Shown: piece by piece, positions 1 to 11,660 of the stretch
Layout of the letters: each line of letters starts with the position of its first letter
Numbering within the stretch: position 1 is the stretch's first letter
NCBI GenBank assembly: GCA_964016885.1
Contig: OZ024752.1
Location: forward strand, 11,842,001-11,906,000
Direction: 5' to 3'
DNA from: Eledone cirrhosa
Taxonomy: Eukaryota
Length of the DNA stretch: 64,000 nt
Notes under the pieces: model-generated
The model's database searches: none
What the model was told of the DNA's origin: nothing
The model's input: the letters and a program-made list of their open reading frames with translations, nothing else
Made by a program: the position numbers and the translations under genes

Positions 1-702
1 TCTCTTCGCCCTCCAATCTATTTCTGTGCATCTGTTGTCAGTATTGTGCTTCTTGCTGTCGTTCTTGTTCTACCTCGGTCAGTTCTTATCTGGCAGACAA
101 ACAAACAAAGGCTTCCAAGCTACGTTTAACTCGTCGTTTATTCATTACGGCATAGAGTTATGGCACTTTACGTTCTGAGTTCAACTCCCGCCGAGGTTAA
201 CTTTGTCTTTCATCCTTACGGGGTCAATAAATAAAGCACCAGTAATGCCCTGGGGTCATTTAATCGACTTTCCCCTCCCCTTCAAATTGCTGGCCTTGTG
301 CTTAAATCAGAAACCATCCTATTATGTTTGACTAGATTATCCTTTTGCTGTTTTATTATTGCATTACCTTTCATCCTTACGGGCTCGATAAAACAAAGTA
401 CCAGTAATACACTGGGATAATTGCTGGCCTTGTGCAAAAAGTAGAAACAATTATTGCAAAGTATGATTCGAGAGAGATTTGGCTGCTATTTCTAGCAGAG
501 AGTGCAACAGCGTAGAGATTCATTAGATTTTGACGGTGGCCTGCAGAGACGAGTGATATAAGATATGAGAGATCGTGACAGTAGACTCTTGGACATTTCT
601 TTTTCAGTGAGTGGATAGTCACATGAGGTCAAGATGTTTCTATTCATCGCCATGCCATAACCACAGCTTCGTTTATTCTGTTGTATTATATTTTATTAAC
701 AT

Positions 703-1088
703 GTGGATTGGCAGTATCGGTAGAGTGTCGGATGCCATGCTTTGACGCATAGAGTTACGGCCCTTGCCATTCTGAGTTCAAATCCCGCCGAGGTTAACTT
801 TGCCTTTCATCCTTACGGGGTCGATAAAATAAAGTACCAGTAATACACTGGGTAATTGCTGGCCTTGTGCCTAACGTAGAAACAATTATATTTTATTAAC
901 ATGTGGATTGGCAGTATCGGTAGAGAGTCGGCCGCCATGCTTTGACGCACAGAGTTACGGCCCTTGCCATTCTGAGTTCAAATCCCGCCGAGGTTAACTT
1001 TGCCGTTCATCCTTACGGGGTCGATAAAATAAAGTACCAGTAATGCACTGGGTAATTGTTGGCCTTGTGCCAAAAGTAGAAACAATTA
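703..1088 (+). mobile_element. Tandem pair of tRNA-derived SINE family A copies
   Basis: Each ~185-bp unit has an A-box-like TGGCAGTATCGG, a B-box GAGTTCAAATCC, the core GCCTTTCATCCTTACGGGGTCGATAAAATAAAGTACCAG and the tail GGCCTTGTGCC..AGTAGAAACAATT. The flank TTATATTTTATTAACATGTG is also duplicated. Partial copies lie at about 147-316 and 368-452. Confidence 0.85.
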
Positions 1089-1474
1089 TATTTTCTTCAC
1101 ATGTGCGACTAGTTTGGTCTATTTTAGATAAAGTAAACTAGGTTGTCCAGTGTCATTTGGAGCACGATTTTCCCGTCAATAAAACGTTTCAAGGTCTGTT
1201 GTATTGTTTTACAAGCGAATGTGACCTTGTGGAATGTTAAGGGTGGAAAGGATTGTATCATCTGTATCTGATAATATCTGCTTAAAAATGACATTGAGTA
1301 TCACATTACCTTACTTTATTTAATCGGTTCTGAAATGATTAGTCGCGCTTCTCTTTTCCGAAATAGCTTATTCAGATTACTTACGATTGCCAGTGTAGGT
1401 ATTTACCAGTGGAAAGTAGTATTTATTAGTAATTGGATTGGTAGTATTTGGTAGAGGGTCGGACGCCATGTTAG

Positions 1475-1868
1475 GGCGGTGGATTGGCAGTATCGGTAGA
1501 GGGTCGGACGCCATGCTTTCCAGCATAGTTACGTCCCTTTACGATCTGAGTTCAAATCCCGCCGAGGTTGACTTTGCCTTTCATCCTTACGGTGGTCGAT
1601 AAAATAAAGTACCAGTAATGTACTGTGTTATTGCTGGCCTTGTGCCTAAAGTAGAAACAATATTATAGACTAAAGTAGGGTTGAGGATTGGCAGTAACAA
1701 TAGAGCATCGGACACTCTGCTTTACAGCATAGTGTTACGCCACTTTACGATCTGAGTTCATATACTGTTGAGGTGAGCTTTGCCTTTCATCCTTTCGGGT
1801 CGATAAAATAAAGTACCAGTAATACACTGGGATAATTGCTGGTCTTGTACCAAAAGTAGAAACAATTA
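1475..1868 (+). mobile_element. Two more SINE family A copies
   Basis: Same head, core and tail at about 1475-1662 and 1684-1868. Confidence 0.85.
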
Positions 1869-2456
1869 TATCATCTCTACTGTTACTGCCTCCAATGGGT
1901 TGTTTAATACCCCGTCTATAGAACAACCTTCAACTTCAGGAGCGTGTTGTGCAAGTGCTCCTTTCTTCCTTTTACTCTCTTCTTTAACCTACAGGCTTAT
2001 AAACAGAGAAGGCCCAATCACTCGGGCCATTTTCGCTTCATTCAGTAAATTTACTGGGGTGCAGTGCCTCTCTCTCCACTCTGATTCTCCTTCTAAAGTG
2101 ATACTTAAAGAAGGGAATCAATTGTTGTCCGGGGAGAAAGGCATCTTTCCTCAGTCCTCTCAATCTCGTCCACCATATGACCTCTATAGATAAATACCTA
2201 AATATGAGATGGTATTATATATAATAAACAATATATTTTAGTATTTGACCTAGTTTCGATAGCCAAATGAAAATATTTATTTCATTTCACTTAGGTTGCC
2301 ACGAATGCCTCTGGGGAGACATACACATCGCTAAACCTCGTTATACAATGGTTATAACATTTGTGGAGTATAAAATCAATAACTTAACATACTCAAGATA
2401 GGGGTCATATATTAAGTATTGAAACACTTCACTTTTAGACAAATTTATATGAGTAC

Positions 2457-2459
<3 letters not shown>

Positions 2460-2534
<75 letters not shown>
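2460..2534. repeat. (GT)n microsatellite
   Basis: Pure GT run. Confidence 0.95.
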
Positions 2535-2538
<4 letters not shown>

Positions 2539-2619
2539 GGTAAACAGAAATAACAACACAATCGGTACAGTATATGGAAGGTATATATTAGGTTAACGCT
2601 TGATATAGCAGGAAGAGGG

Positions 2620-2655
2620 TCTTAACGTTTCGGACGCTAGCCCTTTATCAGAAGA
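2620..2655 (-). ncRNA. Minimal type I hammerhead ribozyme-like motif (PLE-type)
   Basis: The minus strand reads UCUU-CUGAUAA-A-GGGC-UAGC-GUCC-GAAACGUU-AAGA: stem I, a core with G8A, stem II and a palindromic stem III. Confidence 0.55.
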
Positions 2656-2956
2656 AAGAATGAGAAATAAGATAGATTGAGGGGACGGGCGGGATGGAAT
2701 TAGAAAAAATGTCTTTAGATAAAAATAACAGGTCCATTCATCTTGACATCTCTTATATTGTTATACTTGGGGAAGGTCATATTGTAATAATATTGCCAGA
2801 AATAATAACAGAACACACTCAGTTTGGTTTGGGTTGGTTTTCGCGTCTGTATCATTTATAACCTTCAAAACAAATTCATCGGGAGTATAATCTCGGAATT
2901 TTACCTGCTCTAGACTTATATATAATAATTATAAAATGTAGAGAAGGAGTTGGAAT

Positions 2957-3411
2957 ATATATATATAAGGAGAAAAAAACGATTATTAGGAAGAAAAATT
3001 TTTTTTTCCTTATTTTTTTCTCTTTTTTTCTGGGTTAGAAAATGTTTAAAACAAAATTAACAATAGCATTGATTTATTTATTTATTAATTTATTTATTTA
3101 ATGATTATCAATTACCGGTTTCAGCATTTTATGCATTATCAAGTTATGTTCAACATCACCTTAACCAATACAAATTCCCCTTTTTTTCTCTCCCACTCAC
3201 ATAATTTGATAATGCATAAAATGCTGAAACCGGTAATTGATAATCATTAAATAAATAAATAAATAAATAAATAAATGCTATTGTTAATTAATAAATAAAT
3301 TAACTAATACCTTAACACTTCACACAAAGTAAAATATCTTGTTTTAAACATTTTCTAACCCAGAAAAAAGAGAAAAAAATATATTTTTCTTCCTAATAAT
3401 CGTTTTTTTCT

Positions 3412-3420
<9 letters not shown>
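2957..3420. repeat. Nested inverted repeat between (TA)n tracts with degenerate hammerhead-like pair
   Basis: Outer arms at about 2957-3055 and 3338-3420. Inner arms at about 3100-3148 and 3199-3250 carry TTGATAATGCATAAAATGCTGAAACCGGTA. Confidence 0.7.
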
Positions 3421-3449
<29 letters not shown>

Positions 3450-3627
3450 ATCTATCAAGAACTTTACCCGACTCCTTGGGTGTGCCATCTAGTATGTCAA
3501 CTCTATCTAAGATAGAAAAAAACAATCTGTTTTTCTGGAAAAAAATGTCTTCTTGTAATTTTATTTCCGGAGTAAAAACTACAAAAATAACTCTTCTTGT
3601 TTTAAGGTTATTCCAGACCGTTTGCAC

Positions 3628-3937
3628 CAGGGGCGTGCAACAGGCGGTCCTCGTGCCAAATTTTGGCCCGCGATGACCGTTTTTAATTTTTACTTTGTAG
3701 GCTATCGTAACCGTAATACAATTTTCTGTTAGTTGACCTATACCAAATACCAAGTCTCACATTAATAAAACTAAATTATATTTTATTTGTCTTTATTGTT
3801 TAAAAATGTATTCACAATGTGTTTATGACTCAATCCACTGGTTTTCATTAGATTACATATTTTTGACAGTGACTTGCCTTAATAGTTGTTCCAATGTTCA
3901 AAAGTGGCGCGCCAAATGGATATGTTGCACACCCATG
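3628..3937. mobile_element. Old hAT-like MITE
   Basis: Imperfect TIRs CAGGGGCGTGCAACA ... TGTTGCACACCCATG. The flanking 8-mers match only partly (GTTTGCAC vs CTTTACAT). Confidence 0.5.
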
Positions 3938-3956
3938 CTTTACATTATTGCTTGGT

Positions 3957-4143
3957 GGTGGATTGGCAGTATCGGTAGAGGGTCGGACGCCATGCTTTAA
4001 TGCATAGAGTTACGGCCCTTTCCATTCTGAGTTCAAATCCCGTCGAGGTTAACTTTGCCTTTCATCCTTACGGGGTCGATAAAATAAAGTACCAGTAATG
4101 CACTGGGTAATTGCTGGCCTTGTGCCAAAAAGTAGAAACAATT
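3957..4143 (+). mobile_element. SINE family A, full length with TSD
   Basis: Flanked by the direct repeat ATTATTGCTTGGTG. Confidence 0.9.
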
Positions 4144-4622
4144 ATTGCTTGGTGATACTGTTTCAGATGCTTTCCAGATGATGCCAGTGTTCGGCCTCGG
4201 CGATAGGAGAAATGTTCACATGCTGATTTCTTTTCATACATATGTCCTACAGAGGAAACTATTGAGCAGACGACTATAACTGAAGGCATTTTAGTGGTTA
4301 ATAATACACAAGGCCACATTTAGAGTTCCGTACAAGTAGTTTACGTAGCGCCTCACACTTACTCCAATCCATGAGTCAGCGAGTAATTTTCCATGCCAAA
4401 GCCTATTATATTTGTTGAATTAGCATATCACCAAAATAAACAGGTTAACCGTGACATTTTGTGAAACTATCATATCATGAAGCCTATACATAATATCAAA
4501 AGAGTTAAGGATAAACTAACTATGTAAGGATATACTAACTATAAGCTATCATCAATAACATTGTTGGACTAGCCAATTAAAGGGTAATGCCAAATATCAT
4601 TGGAAGAAGATTTGGAGGAATA

Positions 4623-4983
4623 CAGTTGTCTCCCGGTATTCGCGGGGTTACGTTCTTACAGCACTCGCGAGGAGTGAAAAAACCCGCAAATATTGGACGT
4701 GGTCCATAAAGATGCCTATAAACGTCAAAATGTTGCATAAAATATAAGTAAAAACGAGGGAGCGTCTTATGCGAAGGGGCGTCCAATAGGCCGACAAATA
4801 CGGTATATTGTTATTAATAATTTAACGTTAAAAAATATATATTGCCACAATAAAAGCCATAAAATATTGCGGAAGATATTTACGATTCCGCGAATATGCA
4901 GTGGTTTTCACGAACATTTATTAGTTAGGTTCTCAGGAAATTCCCGCGAATAACCGGGATCGCGAATGCTGGGCGTACACTAG
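4623..4983. mobile_element. Tc1/mariner-pogo (Tigger-like) MITE
   Basis: TA-CAGTTGTCTCCCGGTATTCGCGG ... CGCGAATGCTGGGCGTACACTAG-TA. Homologous in inverted orientation to 27022-27499. Confidence 0.65.
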
Positions 4984-5498
4984 TAGCGTGATAAAATATC
5001 ATCTTCTATTGCAGTGCTAGGGGAGTTAGTTCAGCAGTGCTTCTCAAATGAATCTGAGGTCTCTACTGTAGAACCAGTTGATTTCCTCACCAACTACATT
5101 CACCAATATTAAAGTAGAGCGATAACTATTTGTTAGATATCTGAATATGGCAAAGCCGGCCATTAATCGCTCGTATACATGAAATTGACTGGCCTATCTG
5201 CTGATATGCAAATCTGGCTGATCAGTGGATCTGCAGATCTCGCTGATCAGCCAGCCTGCTAATATGCGAATCAGGCCGATCAGTCACTGTATATTTAAGA
5301 AAATATCATATATTTTCACTAGCTCTGACAGTTGGCAGGTGAGCAGTAAACTGCACTAATGAAGGGTAATCACCCAGAAACATTATTGTCTGTAGTTCTA
5401 TTTACATGCCAACACAAGAGCAAGAATGACATGGTTTAAAAGCGGCTGCTTGCATCATTGCAAGCGAATCGAATATTATTATTGATATTCGACACATA

Positions 5499-5684
5499 GG
5501 TGAATTGGCAGTATCGGTAGAGGGTCGGACGCCATGCTTTCTAGCATAGTTACGTCCCTTTACGATTTGAGTTCAAATCCCGCCGAGGTTAACTTTACCT
5601 TTCGTCCTTACGGGGGTCGATATAATAAAGTACCAGTAATGTACTGGATAATTTACTGGCCGTGTGCCAAAAGTAGAAACAATT
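5499..5684 (+). mobile_element. SINE family A inserted in an unclassified repeat
   Basis: SINE A motifs. The host sequence either side (about 5385-5490 and 5685-5746) matches the repeat at 56325-56590. Confidence 0.8.
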
Positions 5685-6007
5685 ATTCGAAATAACTCAG
5701 ATTACATTTATTGTATTCAGCCATGTAGAGCGATAACTATTTGTTAGTTAATATTGGGCCAGTTTTACTGAAAGGTAGCCTGGCTGTAAGAGAAGCAGTA
5801 AGGTGAAGCGAGGTTTATTTAGGCATATAATACACTGCTTTCATTAGATGTTTCGTGAGAGAAGATTTAAGAATAGGCACACATTTGATGAGTTCTTCGA
5901 CAAATGAAGCAATGTGCAATATGGGGAAACACAACCTGGTCCCTCTTCTCAGATACATTTTCTGCCCTATTTATTCCGCACTACTATTTCTCAAACAAAT
6001 TATTGAT

Positions 6008-6510
6008 GTCTTCTTCTTCTTCTTTGCCTTCTTTTTTTTTTTTCTTCTTCTTCTTCTTCTTCTTCTTCTTCTTCTTCTTCTTCTTCTTCTTCTTCTTCTT
6101 CTTCGTCTTCGTCTTCGTCTTCGTCTTCGTCTTCTTCGTCTTCTTCTTCTTCGCCCACTATATTCCTGAGAGGGTCGTGGGGGAAGAGTCCTCAAACACT
6201 CCTTCCAGCGGATCCTGTCAGAAGCAACTGTCTCCACCTGATCCAGCTGGATCTCCAAGCAAGACCAGCCAAGCTCATGGATGTTATCCAACCATCTTGC
6301 TCGGGGTTTACAACTGGATCTCCTGCCGATTGGTTTGGCCCATAGTATCATAGCTGTGATCTCTTAATTCGGAGAAGTAGTGGCTCTACCTGGAGTTACT
6401 CTCCAATGATTCTTTCCTGAGACATTCTAACTCCATGTCCATAGTATCGGAGCTGTGATCTTTCAATTCAGAGAAGTAGCGGCTCAACCTGGAGTGACTC
6501 TCTGATGTGT
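6008..6510 (-). mobile_element. RTE-clade LINE 3' end with (GAA)n tail
   Basis: The minus strand encodes an RTE-like ORF2 C-terminus (RARWLDNI...DRIRWKE) followed by a (GAA/GAC)n tail. Related copies at about 21314-21600 and 50480-50780. Confidence 0.65.
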
Positions 6511-6740
6511 ACTCGAGATTAAATTTGATTAATTTAACTTGATTCGCAATTTCACTATAACATTAGGTCGTAATGGATCTTGTTTTCTAAATTTGTCAGA
6601 ACTGTAAATCTCACTGGGATCTGACACCGTGTGAGTTTATCACACATTAATCTAAAGAACGCGATGTCTGTCACCATTATTTGTGTCTGTATCATCGTTA
6701 AATATGACTATTAAAGTAGTATATGTGTCTTTAGGATATG

Positions 6741-6914
6741 TGGCGAATTGGCAGAGTTGTTAGAACGTCAGATAGAATGCTTTGTGGTATTAGTTTCGGC
6801 TCTCTGAGCTCAAATCCCACCGAGGTCAACTTTGCTTTTATCCTTTCGAGGTCGATAAAAAAAAGTACCAGTCTAGTACTGGGTTGATTCTTCCCCAATA
6901 TCACTTTCTCATTT

Positions 6915-6953
<39 letters not shown>

Positions 6954-7150
6954 GCACACTTTCTATCTTTCTCTGGAAGAAATCTGCGGTACTCAGACTA
7001 TGGATGGCCACCGCCAGGCTTAAAAATGCCCCTGAAACGCCTTTGTCAATACGGCTCCCCTAGGACTCTATCAGGAGTTACAGGACCATACCATGTCTCA
7101 ATTCGGCTCCCCCTACGACCCAGGAGTTATAGCTCCATACCATGTCTCTT
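6741..7150 (+). mobile_element. SINE variant A2 (same head and core, different 3' part)
   Basis: The head and core are followed by TTCTCTGGAAGAAATCT...CCCTGAAACGC. Related copies at about 12651-13005 (+) and 23118-23328 (-). Confidence 0.7.
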
Positions 7151-7357
7151 TATGACTCCGTGTAGCACTGTTTCCTTTGGTTCAGGAACTTGAGCGGTAA
7201 CTGAACAGTTACTGTTCCTGCTAGGTTCCACATAATGTTTGCCTCTCCAGAGGTCACACTAAATCACTATATATAATAAATTAGACACTACTTCAGTATA
7301 GAGACCTGTCATCAGTAAATCATTATTTGTCACTTAGGAACCTTAACACTGATATTG

Positions 7358-7662
7358 CTCTCTCTCTCTCTCTCTCTCACTCACTCACTCACTCACTCAC
7401 TCACTCACTCACTCACTCACTCACTCACTCACTCACTCACTCACTCACTCACTCACTCACTCACTCACTCACTCACTCACTCACTCACTCACTCACACAT
7501 TCTTTCTCTCTCTCTCTCACATACATCACACATTCTCTCTCTCTCTCTCACATACATCACACATTCTCTCTCTCTCTCTCTCACATACATCACACATTCT
7601 CTCTCTCTCTCACATACACACATCACACACTCTCTCATTCTCCCCCCCCCCCCTCTCTCTCT
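7358..7662. repeat. (CT)n/(CACT)n compound microsatellite
   Basis: Direct inspection. Confidence 0.95.
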
Positions 7663-8139
7663 TTGAACGTTTGTGTGTTTGTTTCTGCCTATATGAGAAA
7701 ATCACCATTACATTTTTGTTTTATTTATATTTTTTGTCTTCTTCCTCTAAGATAATTTCTAGAAGATGATAATTATCCGTGCCTGATACGTTTTAAATGT
7801 TGACAGATGAAGTTGAGATAATGGCGATTGAAATTTTATAGTTTGTCTCATAATATTTCCTTCCCCACCCTTCACTAATTATACTTTAGCTGAATGATTT
7901 AATTTGTCATAGATTTGGAATGTAATCTATATCTATTACTTCCCTTTCTGTTCAATCTTTTGCTAATTCATTTGCTCCCCTCCCCCCTAATATCTGTTTG
8001 GCCAGGGCTCCAAATCATTGTTACTTTCTTAACCCTTTACCATTTACATTATTCTATATATATACTATTATATTTTCACATTGAAAGCTTTACCTCACGT
8101 AATATCGAATCTGAGATGTTGATGTTATTTATTATGAGG

Positions 8140-8355
8140 ACGGTGGAATGGTAGTATCGGTAGAGAGTCGGACGCCATGCTTTGCAGCATAGAGTTACCG
8201 TCCTTTACGGTCTGAGTTCAAATCCCGCTGAGGTTAACTTTCACTTTCATCCTTATGGGGGTCGATAAAATAAAGCACCAGTACGTACTGGGGTCGATTT
8301 AATCGACTTTCCCCTTCCTCCAAATTACTGGCCTTGTGCCTATACTAGAAATCAT
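8140..8355 (+). mobile_element. SINE family A (long form)
   Basis: Includes the extra GGGGTCGATTTAATCGACTT segment. Confidence 0.85.
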
Positions 8356-9112
8356 CATGAGAACAATACACTAACATCAGTATGGGTGGCCAGTTACGGC
8401 CAGTTTGAACAGAAAGAGGTGAGAGAATTCTGGCCAGATATGACCAGTTTAAATGCTAAATGTCAAGGACACCTTTAAATGTTTAATACTTTCAGATAGA
8501 TAGGTATCTATTTTTGGCAGAATACTCTCAGTACATCTAACCCGACCTCTTTTTCTTGAAATAATTCTAGGTTCGATAAACTATCAATAAATAGTTAGCC
8601 GTTTTCCCATGACGTTTCTTTAGCTGAATAACAAGAAGAGCCATACCGTGCTCCATTGTCTAAATCAAAGGTTCTCAAACGGGGGAGGGGGCATTTTGGA
8701 GCAAGAAGATGGAAGGCTCTTTATTTTGGTAAGTTTTATAAGGATATTTGTACGTCTCTGAGACAGCCAGTGTGAATGTATTTGAATGAGCGTGCAGACA
8801 ACTTAACTATGGTCTGGCCGCAGCTGCGAGCAGGTGTGCACGCGTATGTAAAATTTAACCACCAATTGAAATCCTAAAAATAGAAAAACCCACAGTCAAC
8901 TGGGTCAAGGACACCTTTAGCACAGCCAGTTAGAATCTTCTATCTCCTTCACCGATAACAATGTATTTCATGTCTGAAATTATTGACTCAATGCAACGAG
9001 TTAACACTATGAAGATCTATTCTATTCCCAATTGTATAAATAATATCACAAATAAAAAAAGAAAAGGAAAAAGGAAATCGAAAAGTATAAAAGAAAAGAA
9101 AAAACACAGAAG

Positions 9113-9750
9113 CGGGTAACACACACATCTAGGACCACATACAACACATAAGCAGGTAATACATACATCTAGGACCACATACAACACATAAGCAGGTAAT
9201 ACATACATCTAGGACCACATACAACACATAAGCAGGTAATACATACATCTAGGACCACATACAACACATAAGCAGGTAATACATACATCTAGGACCACAT
9301 ACAACACATAAGCAGATAATACACACATCAAGGACCACATACAACACATAAGCAGGTAATACATACATCTAGGACCACATACAACACATAAGCAGGTAAT
9401 ACACACATCAAGGACCACATACAACACACAAGCAGGTAGCACACACATCAAGGACCACATACAACACACAAGCATGTATTACACACATCTAGGACCACAT
9501 ACAACACACAGGTAGGTAATACATACATCCGGGACCACATGCAACACGCAAGCAGGTAATACATAAAGCTGGGACCACATGCAATACATAAGCAGGTACC
9601 ACGCACATCTGCGACCACATACAACACGCAAGCAGATAATACACACATCTAGAACCACATACAACACACAAGCAGATAATACATACATCTAGGACCACAT
9701 AAACACACAGGAAGGTAATACATACATCTAGGACCACATACAACACACAT
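9113..9750. repeat. 40-bp minisatellite, about 16 copies, inside the hAT element
   Basis: Unit ACATACATCTAGGACCACATACAACACATAAGCAGGTAAT. Confidence 0.95.
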
Positions 9751-10597
9751 TGTATCATGTGCTACAGACGGCGCAAGAGTAATGGTCGGTCAACATAAGA
9801 GTTTCGTCACTCTTCTGAAGAGAGAAATTCCATCTATTTGCTGTTCATTGTGTCATTCATCGACAACATTTGGCTGCGAAGAAACTCAGCGAGCCACTGA
9901 GCAAGTCTTTGCAGGTGGCCATTGATGTCATCAATTTTATCAAACGCCATGCCCGCAATGAACGAATTTTCCGGCAAATGTGCCACGATAATGAAAAGAA
10001 TTCGTCGAATTGCTTAACGCAAGGATTGCTGTGAAAACATTCCTGGCCAAATTGAATGTCATCGAAAGGAATCTTTGTTGACGGGAATTCTATAATTTTC
10101 CTAGTGTCGCCAATGTTCAAAACATTATAAGCGATGACCAACTCCAAATTTATACCACTCACCTTCGTTCGCTACAAGACAGCATGAGAGAACGGTTTGT
10201 CGACCTTTTGCAGATGGACATCCCAGTGTGGATAGCAGATCCCTTCATAGCTAACGTCGACGATTTGGGCATTAAATTTCAGGAAGAATTCATTGAACTT
10301 CAAGCAGATGACATGATCAAAATTAGATTTTCTAAAATAGGTGAACCCCTTTTTTTGATGCAAGAGGAAATTCAACGTCCATTTCCACTCCTACATGCAG
10401 AGGCTTAGAGATTTGCTCTGCCTTTTCCTAGCTCATACTTAGTCGAGAGGGGGTTTGGCGCTGTTTCCAGACTGCACAGTAAGGCTCGCAACCGCTACAA
10501 TGTAATTACACGTGGAGATCTCCGGCTACATCTTACGAAAATCCAGCCTCACGTCAAAGAGTTAGCTAGACTCCATGAAGCTCAAGGGTCCTATTGA
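9751..10597 (+). pseudogene. hAT (Buster/ZBED5-ZBED8-like) transposase remnant
   Basis: Translated motifs SCATDGARVMVG, HCVIHRQHLAAK (CxxH) and LPFPSSYLVERGF...RGDLRLHL...HEAQGSY*. Stops, frameshifts and internal deletions are present. Confidence 0.85.
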
Positions 10598-11344
10598 AAT
10601 GAGGTCAAAGTTAAAGTAAGTCGATTTATCTGAAAAATTGGATATGCTATTGTTACGAAGCAAACTAACAATTTTTTAATTTGTAGTTGCAGTGTGACTG
10701 GACTGGAAACCATCTACCACAATTCACTTACTCATTTGTTGTATATATACCCACTTATATGGTCATGAAAACCCTCTTCCATGGTCTCTAAGGTCACAAA
10801 GTGGACGGGACATCAAGATAGATATCAACATTTATTCTGTCCGTTTCATTAAAGGGAAAATTGGAAAGCTTTGAAATATAATTGCCACTTTCTTCCAGAT
10901 AGGAGCACTCTTTGGATAGACAGAGTTGCTCTTGTATAAATGTTCAAAATAGCTGGTATCGCCTGGTGGGAATATAACAAATTCAACTGGTCCTTATTCA
11001 TAAAAAAGAACATTTATGTCCCTTTTTTTGAAATTATATATTTCCTTTCAAGGAATGTATTTATACTCTCAGCTGCCTGCAATGGTATCTTTGGAATATT
11101 GTTAATCAATTTTTTAGTAATCTACTGATATCAAAATCAGTAGTATATTGAAAAATGGGAAAATAGGGTAGGGGAGCCGTTTCGTGATTTCGAGGGGCAA
11201 AGGGGGGCGTTTGACCTAAATGGGTTGAGAACCTGTGGTCTAAATGTATCCCATTTGTAGAAATGGCCAAGTTAAAAAGTTTGATTGTGTAATGTTATTA
11301 AGGTGGTTTATATATATATACACGCGCTTATAAACATACGTATG

Positions 11345-11660
11345 TTTAGTGGTTAGAGCATTGGGCTTGAAATTGAGAGGTTGTGAGTTCGATTCTCGGA
11401 CCGGGTGATGCGTTGTGTCCTTGAGTAAGACACTTTATTTCACGTTGCTCCAGTTTACTCAGCTGTAGAAATGAGTTGTGACGTCACTGGTGCCAAGCTG
11501 TATCGGCCATAGCCTTTCCCTTGGACAACATTTTGGTGGCGTGGAGAGGGGAAACTGGTATGTATGGGTAACATCTGGTCTCCCACCAAACAAGCCTTGC
11601 CGAGGCTTGTGCCTCGGAGAGAACTTTCTATGTGCAAAACCATAGTTATTCGTGGCCGAG
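11345..11660 (+). mobile_element. tRNA-derived SINE family B
   Basis: TAGTGGTTAG A-box, GAGTTCGATTC B-box and core TGTGTCCTTGAGTAAGACACTTTATTTCACGTTGCTCCAG. Confidence 0.8.

Larger units (their letters stand above)
8666..11237 (+). mobile_element. hAT DNA transposon, Buster/Charlie type, defective
   Basis: TIRs CAAAGGTTCTCAA ... TTGAGAACCTGTG. Perfect 8-bp TSD GTCTAAAT at 8658-8665 and 11238-11245, with the central TA typical of Buster. Internal transposase remnant. Confidence 0.9.

Noticed and set aside
703-1088. tRNA genes
   Set aside because: The A/B boxes belong to SINE heads followed by a shared core and tail; I could not support a complete cloverleaf.
5855-6353. Poly-L/F/R ORFs
   Set aside because: They arise from the (CTT)n tail of an RTE-like 3' end.
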